A stretch of 64,000 nucleotides of DNA, taken from assembly GCA_039096225.1 (NCBI GenBank), contig JBBPEB010000030.1:620001-684000 (forward strand). Direction: 5' to 3'. The stretch's first letter is position 1. The number at the start of each line of letters is the position of its first letter. This DNA is from Blastocystis sp. Blastoise. Lineage: Eukaryota; Protista; Bigyra: Opalinata. The notes below the pieces were generated by a model. That model searched no databases. It was not told the origin of the DNA and was given only the letters and a program-made list of their open reading frames with translations. The position numbers and the translations under genes were made by a program. This document shows, piece by piece, positions 44,401 through 64,000 of this stretch.

Positions 44401-47400
44401 TTTAAATAATAATAATAAATTAAATAATAATAATAAATTAAATGAAATTCATGATTCTTCTTTAGAAGAATTTAGTATTCCATTTATCTATCCATTCTTG
44501 AATAGTCTTTTTATAAAGAATACTACTTTAGTTACTATTACTTATCCATCGTCTTCTTATATTCATATCAATAAATATTGTTTTGATACTCTATTATATG
44601 AATCTATATCTCTTTCTTGGATATTCAAAGGATGTATAAATAATAATACATGTATATTCATAGATACTCAATCAATATTTATTAATACAAATAACTCATT
44701 CTGCTTCATTCTTTCTCCTCATCTCTCTCTATATACAAAATATCAAATAGCATTTACAACTTCTTCTCCTTTCTATATTTCATCTCTTCAATTCTTCTCT
44801 ATATATCAACCGTCTTCCTTACAATATCCACTTCAATATACTTCTTCTACTATTGAAGCATATATTCATACTCCATTTCCTACTCTATCTATTCTTTATC
44901 CTTATTACTATAATTTCACTATTCTTGATATTTTACCAGAGGGATTAATATTAGATGACATTACTGGCTCTATTACTGGTATTCCTACTGAATATATTAA
45001 TAATATTACTATTCATATCTCTGCAATATCTTTTGAACATACTCTTTCTATTACTACTCTTCTTATTTCTATTATAGATTGTTATTCACCTAATTCTATT
45101 CTTAATTTCTCCTTTTATTTTCCTTTTTATATTTATTATTCTCAAATAAATTATTCTCTTCAATTTATATCTCAAACCAATTCCTATAATTATACTATTA
45201 ACCCTTCTCTGTCTTTTTATTCTCTCTCTCTATGTATAAAACCTTCTATATATTCTATGATATTCTATAAAGAATCAACTATCTATAATACGACTTCTTC
45301 TTGTGTATCAAATGAAATAATCAATAATGAAATGAATATATCTAATTCTTCTAATACTATATCTTATTCTCAAATTATTAATGATGAAATATCATTATCT
45401 ATCTCTTTAAATAATCAACATATTCAACAATATCTATTATCTTCTAATTATACTTTATATTCTCCTTATCAATCTTCTTTATCTATTTCTCATCCTTCTC
45501 TTCCAAATAATTATACTTATATTATATATAATCATAATACTCCTCCTTCTCCTCTCTATCCATTATGGACACTCTATAATCCTTATATAGATCTACCTAA
45601 AGGATGGATTACTCTTCATTCTATTGAAACCATCATTCCCACGGGAATCACTCAATATTATGTAGTTCATTATACATATCCAAATCTTTATCAATATCCT
45701 GCTATAAGATATATACTTACTATTACTGGAGGATGTATATTATATATACAAGGTCAAGAAATATATAAATATAATCTACCTACAGATATTCCTATTACTT
45801 CAACTACAACTGCTCTTTCTTCTTCTATATTTACTATAGATAACACAGTATCTCTTAAAGAATATGTAAATAATGATACTGGTACAGTTGATGATGTAGA
45901 AAATACTTTGATTCTTGCTATTGAATGTCATAACGGACTTGAATCTTTAATTAATACACATTTATCTATACATATTCAACCACTATTAACAGGATATATA
46001 GATCTATATCAAGGAGATGCATATAGTTCTTATTCTGTTTCTTCTTCTTATAATGCTATAAATGCTTTTGATCAAAATAAAGAAACAAAATGGAGAGGAA
46101 TATATATTCAAAATAAAACATCTCTTATTTATAAATATCTTAATAATTCATTACATTATATTAATAGTTATTCGATAACAAGTAGTATTAATTGTAATCT
46201 ATATATGCCTAGTGGGTGGAGACTTGAAGCATCTAATGATGGAAAATCTTGGAAAACTCTTCAAATAACCACGGGAATTCTCTTTACAACTCCTTTAGAA
46301 ACAAAAACATTTTATATAAATCATAATCATAGTTATAATCAATATAAATTTATATTTAATAATTTATTAAATAAACCATATATAAATGATACTTGTATAT
46401 ATACATCAAAACCTCAAATATATATAAATGATATATCTCTCTCTATTTACCAATCAGAGGAATATTGTTCCTCAACTGATGATTCTGATTGGTTCGATAC
46501 AATTCCTGGAGAATATTCTTATTCTTCTTGTCCCTCTTTATATGAAGGATTTAGAAAACGATATTGTAATGGTAATCAATTCAATTCTTTTATTGAATAT
46601 AATTGCTATCTTCTTCCTCCTTTATCTATTTCTTATTCTCAATCAAATTATATATTTAAATTAGAATTTGAAATAGAACGTCAATATCCTCAGATAACCA
46701 CGATTATTACTCAATTCTCTGTTACTCCTCCTCTTCCTCTTGGATTATCTATAGACCCTCTATTAGGTATTATCTCTGGTACTCCTTTAGAAATTATGGA
46801 TACAACTTTATTTACTATTAAAGCTATAAATAATAGAGGTATAGTAAATACAACAATAAATATTACGGTTATTTATGCAGTTTCTCATGATTATTGTCTT
46901 ACAAATAATGAATGGCCTACTACTTATAAAGGTTTAAATGTGACTCTTCCATGTTCTGACGATATGATTGGTTCAATGACACGATTATGTGTATTTAGTA
47001 AAATACCTTTTTGGAGTGATCCTTATATTGACTGTATTTCTAAAGATAATATATTATCTCTATATTATCCTCAAACAGATATATTATTAATGTATGAACA
47101 AACAAATAAAATTCTTCCAATAACTACGGGAATTATTGATTCCTTTTCAATTACTCCTTCTCTTCTTCCTTTAGGTGTAGAATTTGATACTAACTCAGGT
47201 ATGATTTATGGAAAACCAGAAGAAGTATCCTTAATGTCTATATATACTATTACTGCTTATGGTAAATCTATTATAACTACTACAATAACTCTTGAAGTAA
47301 TTAAAGAGGGTTGTATTTCGACAGATCGATATCCTGTTGGTCGTTTGAATGACACACTCTCTTTATCATGTGATTTAAATATCGAAGAAGGAGAAGAACT

Positions 47401-48862
47401 TCTTTATTGTGATCCTACTACATTACAATGGATTCTATATCGAAATACTTGTCATTATAAATCTCCATCTCTTCTTTATCCATATCCTAATATATCCTTA
47501 TATTATAATACTCCATTTCAACCTATTATTCCTTTATCTAAAGGACGTATTCTATCTATTTTATCTATTCCTTCGCTTCCTCATGGTATTCTCTTAAATA
47601 CAACAACAGGTGTTATTTCTGGATATCCAGATACATTTTCTGATGTTAATCATTATATATTTATTCTCTCTAATGAGCATTCTTCTTCTACTATTTCTCT
47701 TTATATAACTGTATCTGATATTTATTGTCCATGGACAGATATATGGCCATCTCTTCTTATGAATAATTCTATGAATATGCCTTGTACATCTATATATCAA
47801 ATAGGTAATATATATCGACGATGTATACAAGATTTCCCTCCAAAATGGGGTATACCTGCAGATACATGTATATATTCAACACCTCTTGTAGTTTACCCTA
47901 TAACATCTATTGACGGGTATAAAGGAGATCCATTAGAACCTATTATTCCCACGGTTACTGGCTTTGTATCTGAATTCACTGTATCTCCTCCTTTTCCTGA
48001 AGGTATTTTATTAGATCCAATTACAGGTAGTATTTCAGGAACACCTAAAGAATCTATAGAATATCATATGTATGTAGTAAAAGCTTCAAATTCTGGATCC
48101 TCTATGTCTATTACTTTTTATATTACTATATATATACAGAAATGTAGATCTTCTGGTGAATGGCCTGAAACAGAAGTATATAATAATGCATTTTTATTTT
48201 GTCCAAGTGTAGAATTAGCTATACAATCACGTTATTGTGATTTAAATTATACAAGTAATAAAGCTATTTGGAGAAATGTGAAAGTATCTATGTGTTCATT
48301 ATCTATAGATGATAAACCTGTCACTAATGGATTTGTTAAGATGAAATTTCCTATTACAATATCTTCATTTATTAAAGAAAGAATAGAACCAAATCATATA
48401 AATATGTTTTTTTCATTAATTAATAATCATTTACCTTTTGGAAGTGATTTCTTTGATCGATATTCTGTACATGAAGTTGAAGACTATCGCAATGATAATT
48501 TATGGTATTTAAAATTTACTATACAATTCTATTTAGAAGATTCAGAAATATCTAAAGTTATGAATATCTTACCAATATATATAAATGATCAATTTACAGA
48601 AGACATTCAATGTCAATCGACATTATTTAAACAATCACAAGTCACGTGCAATGAAAAAGACATACAAATAATATATCCTGAAAGCATTTATAATAGCTAT
48701 TATATAGTCTATATATTTATGGGTTTAACTATATTTTTTATTAGTTTATCATGTTTATTATTCTTCTATTCCTATAGAAATAAACTAGCTTATATGGCAA
48801 GAAAGAAGAAACAGGCGTCGATTCTTGATACACAATTCTTAGATACTGCAAATCTTATATAA
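41402..48862 (+). CDS. Large type-I membrane/surface protein with galactose-binding-like and F5/8-like domains, 6 He_PIG (putative Ig) repeats and 5 Cys-rich modules
   Basis: Signal peptide MKAIAVVFLFLVIGISA; introns 41442-41480, 41695-41746 and 41857-42062; LPxGLxxDxxTGxIxGxP repeats; C..W..T....C....G...R.C modules; NAFDQNKETKW..PSGWRLEASNDGKSW; C-terminal TM helix with basic tail. Confidence 0.85.
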
Positions 48863-49744
48863 TTGTAATATTTATTTGCTTTATTATATATATATATTCA
48901 TTAACTTATTTTTTATGTTTTATTACAGATTTTTATTATCTACTTTTTATAATATTTATTTTTTTTTTAATATTTATTTTTTTTAATATTTATTTTTTTA
49001 TAATATTTATTTTTTTAAGTATGTTTTATAATATTTATATATACATATGCATTTATTTTACTTTTTATAATATATATTTGTCTATAAAACGTATAATTGT
49101 TTTTTTAAATTTATATATATATATATATAATGAATGTTTTTTTATTCTGTATATATTTGTCTTTTTTAAAATTATTCTTTAATTATATATATTTTCTTTT
49201 ATTTTTTATTTAGGATTCTTTTCTTTATGAATTCATTATAAAAGTACATTTGATAAACGAAATGTATTGTATTTTTATTTAATTTATATATATATATGTT
49301 TATCATTTTATATTATTTTTCTATTTCCATAATATATATATATTTTCATCTAAACAATTTATTTATATCAATTATTCATTTTTAATATATATGTATGTTT
49401 CATGCTATATATATCTTCTTATTATCTATATATAAAGCATTAATCATCAAAAACATTATGTTTTTTGCTTTGTATACTATACTTTTCAACTTTTTTTTTA
49501 AACTTTTTATTCATTTGATATTATGAATTGTTTCATTATTATATTATCATTTATAATATTTTGGATTTTGTTTTTAGTGAGTTTAATTGATATCTTAAAG
49601 AATTTCAAATATAAATGTGTATATTATGAATATGTATATATATATTTCAATTTTTAATTATTTACTAAATTAAACAAACACAACAAGAGAATAAAGAAAA
49701 GTCAATGAAATATGTATATTCCATTATAACTACATATATATATA

Positions 49745-55908
<6,164 letters not shown>

Positions 55909-56294
55909 TGCATTTTATATTTAGGTAGATGCATAGAAAAAAAGAATTTGAATTTTTTTTTTATTTTTATTCTCTTTATCATTTAGAAATATTGTTAACT
56001 TGTATGTATTCAGAAAGAATAAATTGTGAATATTAAAAATGAATTTAAAGGGAAGGAAAATATTAAAGAAAACTATAGTATCATTAAAATAAACATTTTT
56101 TTTGACAACAAATGTGAGGAAAAAGAATTAAACAGATGTAGCTTTGATTTCTTTAGATTGAGTTTCTGTATTCACTACTTTCTGAGGTTTAGGAATAGAT
56201 TGTTTAGTAGATTTACTATATATAGTATAAGATATATAAATAAAAGTATAAAGTAATTAAAATAAAAGAATAGACTATTAAAAGAACAAATATA

Positions 56295-58625
56295 TTAATA
56301 GATATACATGGGGAAGAAGAAGAGAAGATAAATGAAAATAATTAATTGAATAGCAAGAAGAATAACAAAGGCGGCAACAGGTCCATAACGATCCAGAATA
56401 ATAGGGAAACAAAATGTTAATATAGCATTCATTATATATCGAATAATATTCGCAAAACTAATAGCACTTGCTAGATAGAAAATAAATTATATAATATTGA
56501 TTAATTTAATTGTTTATATATAATATATAAATTAATTTTTTATATATAATATATAAATCAATTTTTTATATATAAAATATAAATTTAATCATATATATAT
56601 ATAAATATAATTATATATAAAATATAAATTTAATCATATACATATATAAATATGATCATATATATATATATACTTTTAAGATATGGTGGGAAGTCTTGAA
56701 CGAGACATACATAATAGAGAGATGCAGGTCCGAGACCAAATCCTATTAAGAAGACTAATGTACCGATAACAGCTAAAGGAACAGTTAATGACTTATTATC
56801 TTGAATCGCAAAACTATGTATATATAAGATAGTAATAACAATACTAATATGTGTATGAATAACAATAATAATAATAGATGGAAAAAATAGATAAGATATT
56901 ATAATAGTGACAGATTCTACAAGAATTATAAATAATAATAAAAGAATATACCTTAAAATAACAATGATAGTACCTATGACCAGTGTTCCCGCGGTTATTC
57001 GAAGAAGAAGAAGACGAGAGACTTTAGAGACGACGAAAGATGAGATAATTGAACAGATCGTCATTGTACAGCCAACCAAACCAATTTGTATTACTAAAAC
57101 CTATATATATATATATAGTAAAGTGTTAAAAGAAGAATAAAAATTCTTTTTGCCATAAATATAGTTAAATAATATATATATATATATACATTATCGATAC
57201 CAGCAGCTTGGAAAATAATTGGAGCATAATAAATAAATATATAAACACCTGTAATATTTGAGAATGCAGGAAGAATAATAGCATATATAAGCCATTTAAA
57301 ATTCTATATATATATATAGATATTAATATATGCAATATATATACATATAAAAATATGACAACTTTGCATAATTAATTGTATAAATATAAATATACAGAGC
57401 AATGACAAATTGAAGAATGAACGATTTCTTCATCTTTTTTATCATGAATATCAATTTCTGATTTGATTTGTTCTTTTATTTCTTTATTATCATCAGTAAC
57501 CGATGGTGTTGTTGTAGAATTAGTTTCTATATTCTTCTCAGTACTATTATTATTATCAGGAACAGAAACAGGAGTAGTAGATGGAGTAGAAGAAGCATCT
57601 GTTTTCTTCTTCCTTTTCTCTATATCAACTATATATATAATAATAAAATATAGAGAATAAATATTATAAATAAATAAAATAAAATAAATAAAATAAATAA
57701 AAACAATTAAAATAAAATAAATAAAAATAATTCAAATAAAATAAATAAAAATAATTAAAATAAAATAAATAAAAATAATTAAAATAAAATAAAATAATAA
57801 AAACAATATTTTCTATAAATAATAACTATTATTACAAAGAAAAAATAAATAATCATATATATACTAGGAGATTCAGGAGAGAAGAATAATATAATTAAAG
57901 AGAGAACACCCCAAATGGCGGCAAAAGCTAGTTGAAGGCGCCAACTCCAGGAAGGGACAGGAACACATTCTTTATCAAATTTAGGAGTAAATAAATTCAT
58001 ACATTGCTATATATATATTATATTAGTTATATAAATAAAATGAATTTTCATTTAATATTTATAATATATTATTATGAATATATATCATATGTTTACAATA
58101 GTCATAATACTATATATATATATACAGCAACAATAACTCCTGCACCTACAGCTACGCCAAATAAAGTACCAACAGCACTTTTGTGTTTCATTTCTGTGAT
58201 TTCCACACAATATAAGGGGAAAACACTAGCACTCATACCCATAGCAATACCTACAAGAAGTCTCATGACAACTAAATACCAATAATTATCCCAAGCAATT
58301 GTTATCAATGGAATAATAATACCAATAATAGATACAATGATAGCTGCAAGTTTTCTAGAGAGAGAGCTGCATGCCCATGTTCCAAGTGGAGCACCTACAG
58401 TAGCACCAACAAGAATAGAAGCAGTTAAAATAGATTGAAATGTTGAAACATCGACTTCTCCAGGTTCATATAGAGTACATCCAACAAGAGATTTTGACAT
58501 ACCTCCTACGATAGAATTGTTGTAGGAGTAAATCATTCCTCCCAAAAAGTTGAGAAAGGCTATAAGTCTGTTAAAGATAATAGAGTTTAACTCATACCAA
58601 ATAATAAAACTCTTCCTAAGCCCAT
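56295..58625 (-). CDS. MFS sugar porter (hexose-transporter-like), paralog 1
   Basis: GGMIYSYNNSIVG, LSRK, RLLVGIAMG..PLYCVEI, WRLQLAF, FSPESP, SNITGVY..IYYAPIIF, FGLGP, QDFP. Confidence 0.88.
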
Positions 58626-59008
58626 ATTTTTGAAGAAATAGAATAAAATAGAGTCTTTAAAAAAAAAAGACAAAAAACCATAAAAACATGAGAAAAAGGA
58701 GAAATGGGGAATCCTAAAGAATTCTCTATTCCAAAAATTAGTTGAGACACAGTTATATACACGTCAAAACCATTTTCGTTTTTCTTTTATAAAAAAACAA
58801 AACGCAATCAAAAATGATTAACAAAATTAGACAAAGGTTGACATATAAATGAATATTAAAAGCACTGCAATGTACGCACTATGATGTAATAAATATTAAA
58901 TAAAAAAAAACATTTATTGCAAAAAAAAAAGAGAAAGAGATTTTTGTAAATATTGAATAATATAAGTAGAATAGAGTGTACACGAATAAGAATAAAGATA
59001 TGATTTCT

Positions 59009-60447
59009 TTAAATACGTTTGAGAGGATAACAGAAAGTATAATAAATGAGTAGAAGGAAAGAAATCAAGAATAAAATAAAGAATGCCCACGAAGTACCAA
59101 TACCTTCCATTAGAAGTGAGAAACAGAAGACAATAACGAAACAAGTAACATATCTTAATACAACAGCAAGAGAAGTAGCAGGATCTAAAGAGAGACGTGG
59201 ATAATATGTTTATTATGTTTATTATATATATATTATATATATATTATATATATATATTATATATACTTTTATATTCTTCAGGCACTTCATCTAGTAAGAT
59301 ATAAAAGAAAGGAGAAGGTCCTAAGCCGAAGCCAAGAATATATAATAATATACCAACAATAGCAAGTATATATTGATCAATAAAGAAACTATATATTCAT
59401 AAATAGTTCGTATTGAATAATAATAAGAATTCGTTATAAATATATTTATATATAAATAAAAGAATACTATTATGAATTATATAGTATATACCTAAGACTA
59501 AGAGATAAGCCACCAAGTGACATAATAAGGAGAGATAAAACGACTTGAAGTTTACGATTCATTTTATCAACAATAAAAACACTTACCCAATTACATATAC
59601 AATTCCAAGCACCTACTAAACCTAATTGAATTAATAATACCTATAGAATAATATTATTTAATATATAAAGAATTATAATAGATTAATTATAGTATATCGT
59701 GTAAATTATGATAAAAAAAAATGATAATAAAAATTATGATAATTAAATTATGATAATAAAAACTATATACATTTTGAATGTTTGCTTTTTGGAAGACAAC
59801 TGGTGCATAGACGACAACCGCGTTAATACCAGTTAACTGATTCATTACAGGTATAGTTATCACATAGAAAATAAGACTGAAATTCTATAAGAAGAAGAAT
59901 ATATATATATAATTAAATAGAATAATATAAATAATTAAATAGAATAATATAAATAATTAAATAGAATAATAATAATGAATTAAACATAATAATAATAATA
60001 CATACATGCCAAGAATAAAAAGAATAATGTTTTTTTGAATTCTCTTTTACATCTATAGAAACACTATCTTGTTTAAAGGGAACTTCCGAAGCTGCTTCTT
60101 GAGGAGCTTCTGAAATAGTCTGAATATCAGATTCAGTAGAAACTTGATTTTCAGGATTTGTTGAGTTTATAGTGTTAGGAATATCTGATATAGTAGTCGA
60201 TTCAACAGGGATTGATGGAGTAGAAGTTTCGACAGAATTTGAAACTGTTTGAGAAGTAGATCCAGATATTTCTTCTTTCTTATCTTCATCTTTACTATAT
60301 ATATATATATAGATAGAGAAATAATATTAATAATATATTAATAATTTTAAATATATTTTTATAAATATATAAATATATATATATTTACTTTTCAACACTT
60401 TGCATCTCAACTTCTTTGATATCTTTTTGTTTTTGTTCATTCTTTAC

Positions 60448-60482
<35 letters not shown>

Positions 60483-61476
60483 ATTTATTTATAATATTAA
60501 ATTATATAAATATAATATTATTAATATATACAGTAAAATAATAACAACAATAATAACAAAAATAAAAACAAAGATAATAATAAAAATAATAATAATAAAA
60601 ATAATATATATTATATATATATATCCTACTAATGCTATAGATCCAAGTGAATATAATCATGAATACACCTAAGATGGCACTAGCTCCAAATTGAAGTCTC
60701 CATGACCAATCGGGAACAGGAACACATTCAATATCATAATTAGGAGTAAATAAATTCATTAATTGCTATATATATTATTATTATAAAACATATATATATA
60801 AGAATTATAACAATAATATATATATAAGAATTATAACAATAATATATATATATAAGAATTATAACAATATATAACAATATATATACAGCCCAAATAACAG
60901 CAATAGATATAGAAGCACTATAAGTCGCTTTAATCATTGATTGATGTTTCACTTCAACAATTTCTGCAGCATGAATAGGATTTAAGGCACTTGTAATACC
61001 ACCAATAACACCAAATAAGAATCTAGATACAGTAACAAACCAAAGATTTCCCCAAACACTTTGCATTAAAGAAAATATTATTTCTAACCATGCATTTAAA
61101 TATAAAGCCTATATAATAAAATATATAGAATAAAATTATTCTTTAAAAATATCGAATAAAACTCTAAAAAAACACTTACAGTAATTCTATTCATCTTTCT
61201 TGTAAAGAGAGTCGTAAATAATCCACCAACTGCATTACCTACAAAGAATGAAGCAGAGAAAATACCAGCGTAGAGACCATAATCTATTTGATCTTCAGGA
61301 CCAAACCAAGTACACTGTAATAAAGGTGTGGTCACTCCAGCAGAAATAGTCAAACCATAACCATAAATAAATCCTCCAATTAGCGCGAAAGCAACTGTAG
61401 ATATAATTTATAAGTTGTATTACTAACGAACACGTGATGAATTGAACATACTTGCAATAACTAAATTTGAAACCAT
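59009..61476 (-). CDS. MFS sugar porter, paralog 2
   Basis: GGFIYGYG, RFLFGVIGG..PIHAAEI, WSWRLQFG, NQLTGINAVVVYAPVVF, VDKMNRK, FGLGPSP, DEVPEE. Confidence 0.88.
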
Positions 61477-62272
61477 GTTGTTGTCTTTTTCTCGTATATT
61501 CTTTGAACTCTAAACGAAAAATAAAGTCTTAATCTATTGTTTTAAATTGATAAGACAAATAAATTACTGAATATATTCAGTAAGGGATGACACGAAAATA
61601 AAGATAGAAAAACCAGTCATTTTTACAAAAATATATTTGTGACTAAGTAGACCTCTAAAACTCCATTAAATCATGAAGCCATACATTTGTAGTCATTGGG
61701 AGAGAATATTATCCAATAAAATAGCATTTATTATTGTTTTTAGGTCTTCATTTGATATATATACCCAAATGGCATGCAAAAAAATAATCTTTCATTTTTA
61801 TTATTATTAGAGAAGCCTATTCTGTATTCTATTCTTAATAGATTGAAAAGATATATAGTTGAAGATTATTAGTATAAAAAGTACTTTGTCTAATATACAC
61901 GATATCGTTGTGAATGACCTATTTCTATATTGACGTCAAAGATGTTGTTTCCAGTATTTATTCATTGTGTGCATGTCTCATTTTCTTACAGTTTTACAAT
62001 TCATTCAATTTTATCTCAGAAAGCACAATTATAAAGAATTATTGTTGTGAACTATAAAGAATACTCATATAAGTTCATAAAATGACTTTCTTATCGTTTC
62101 AGTAAGTGAAATATAGTTTTTTAAAAGTATTATTAGACAAATAAATCAATAAAATTGTTAATAACAACCATTATTTGACATACACTTTGAGTAGAGAAGA
62201 TAAAGAAAAGTTAAAAAGACTCTATATGCATAAAAATAAAGAATAGTATATATAGATAGTTAAAAATATTGA

Positions 62273-64000
62273 TTATATGTTTGCCATGGTTTGAAACGTC
62301 ATCTGAACCATTTTCTATATAAATGTATAGTTATTATTATCATAAATAATAATTCATAAAAATAATTTTAAGGCAAAAAATAATAATTTCAATATATACT
62401 TCAATTTGGGAGACTTTGTTTGCTTTTGTTTTTTGACCTTTGATTTTCTTATAATAATATGCATTAGCTTTAGATTTAGCATTTTCTAATAGTTCATTGG
62501 TTCTAGTAATAATTTCATCTAGTTTTTGTTCAATTCCATTATCTTCTTGAAGCTTATTATATTGGCCAAGTAATGATTTCAGAAGATCTGCTTTATCATT
62601 CATTTCATCTGTATAGCGAGCATATATTTCATCGATAGCACTCATTTCCGTTTGAAGTTGTTTTTCAATAGACTCGTAACTATTGATTTCATTTTGAATA
62701 TTATCTTCCAATTCTTCACGTGATGTATTGATGATATCATTTGATAATCTTTGATAATATTGATCAGCTTGTTTTTGGCAATCATCCAAAAATCTCTGTT
62801 TTTTCTCTTTTTGTTTTTGTATTAATGCTTTATATTAAAAAAAAAATCATATATAAATAATATATACATAATAAGTTATAGTATAGGCTTATATATAATA
62901 TAAAAATTATAAGATATATTATAATATATAAAATAAAATATAAAAAAAACATATAATAAAAAATAATATATAAAATAAAATATATATATATATCTATACA
63001 TGTAAGTAAATGTCTTAGTGTTTGAACTTCATCATCCTCCTCTTCTTCTTCTTCTTCATGTAATATATCTTCATTTTCTACTTCCTTATCAACTATTTGT
63101 TTATTAGTTCTAAATTTATTATTGTTATTCTGTTTGTTCTTTTTCTTTAAACTGTTATCTTCCGAAATATCACTAGAATCAGATAATTCTTCTTTTTCTT
63201 CCTCTTCAAATAATACTTTTTTAATATCATCCATCTTCTTTAACTTATTATTGTTTACATGATAATCGTTATTATTATTCTTATTACTAATTACTTTGGT
63301 CACTTTTGATTGTTTAGTCTTCGAATATAAATCAGATTCTTGAGATGATTCAATAACTTCTTCACTATCTATATATATTGAAGGCTTTATATTCCTAATT
63401 GATTTATTTCTTTTATTCGTTATAGTAACTCTTGGCTTCATTTTTTTATTCTTCTTTTCTATTATTTCTTCATCTTCTTCTTCACTTATATCTTCTTCTA
63501 TACTATCATCGTTTCTATTCATATTATCATCATCTATGTTAATATCATTATTATCATTATTATTATTTTTATTATTATTATTATCATTTTTATTCATATT
63601 ATCATCATTCTTATTCATATTATCATCATCACTTTCATCATCATCATCATTTTCATTATTATTATTATCATCTGATACAAAATTAAAATCAATTGAATTT
63701 TTCTTTATCTTTTTACTAGATATTCTCTTCTTTTTATCTATTACATCTATATCCTTAGTATTTTCATTAGTATTGATCTGATTATTCATGATTTCCTTTG
63801 TATGTATACCTATAAAAGAAGAAGATAAAGAAGAATCATGACTGATTTCATTCAAATCACCATCAAATCGCATTCTACGTCTATTTCCTACATCTGCTTG
63901 AATACGCTTATTATTAGGAATTACTTGTTCGATATTTTTAGAAGTCTTTGATTTCTTTGTTTTCTCATTATCATTCTCATCCATAAACTTCGTAGGTATA
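62273..64000 (-). CDS. Uncharacterised protein with acidic/Asn-rich region and C-terminal coiled coil (5' end possibly outside window)
   Basis: Long open exons at about 63000-64000 and 62400-62830 with heptad-like content; last exon ends with TAA at 62273. Confidence 0.6.

Noticed and set aside
49673-49680. TGTTTGTT (minus strand) about 65 bp downstream of the TERT stop, the Blastocystis polyadenylation-associated motif; I looked for stop codons created by polyadenylation
   Set aside because: Every gene end I could reconstruct has a genomic TAA or TAG, so there is no evidence for poly(A)-completed stops in this window.

Overview
Very AT-rich, intron-rich eukaryotic (protist) DNA. The gene content and the He_PIG/Cys-module surface protein suggest an AT-rich Blastocystis-like stramenopile, which is an inference only. 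About 15 spliced genes were reconstructed by hand from GT..AG introns: calnexin, a GPR137-like membrane protein, a FANCJ/BRIP1 helicase, DUS1, an intronless GH27 alpha-galactosidase, an MRS2 Mg2+ channel, an AGC kinase, an aldo-keto reductase, a YqjM-type Old Yellow Enzyme, a multi-BRCT scaffold, a ~2400-aa surface protein, telomerase reverse transcriptase (TERT), two tandem MFS sugar porters and a partial coiled-coil gene. Most short ORFs in the supplied track are artefacts of intronic simple repeats. The strongest unexplained signal is a 14-bp CpG-containing pseudo-palindrome (ATTCCC[A/G]CGGGAAT, with ATAACC/ATAATC half-site variants). It occurs at least 22 times, almost always in exons, in all three codon phases and in genes on both strands, so it looks like a DNA-level code overlaid on protein sequence. 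Also notable: a 142-bp MITE-like or structured element with a perfect 10-bp flanking direct repeat, an intron made purely of GT(AT)19AG, intron length that depends on distance from the gene start, a ~113-Asn tract inside the TERT RNA-binding domain, and an OYE whose catalytic Tyr is replaced by Phe.
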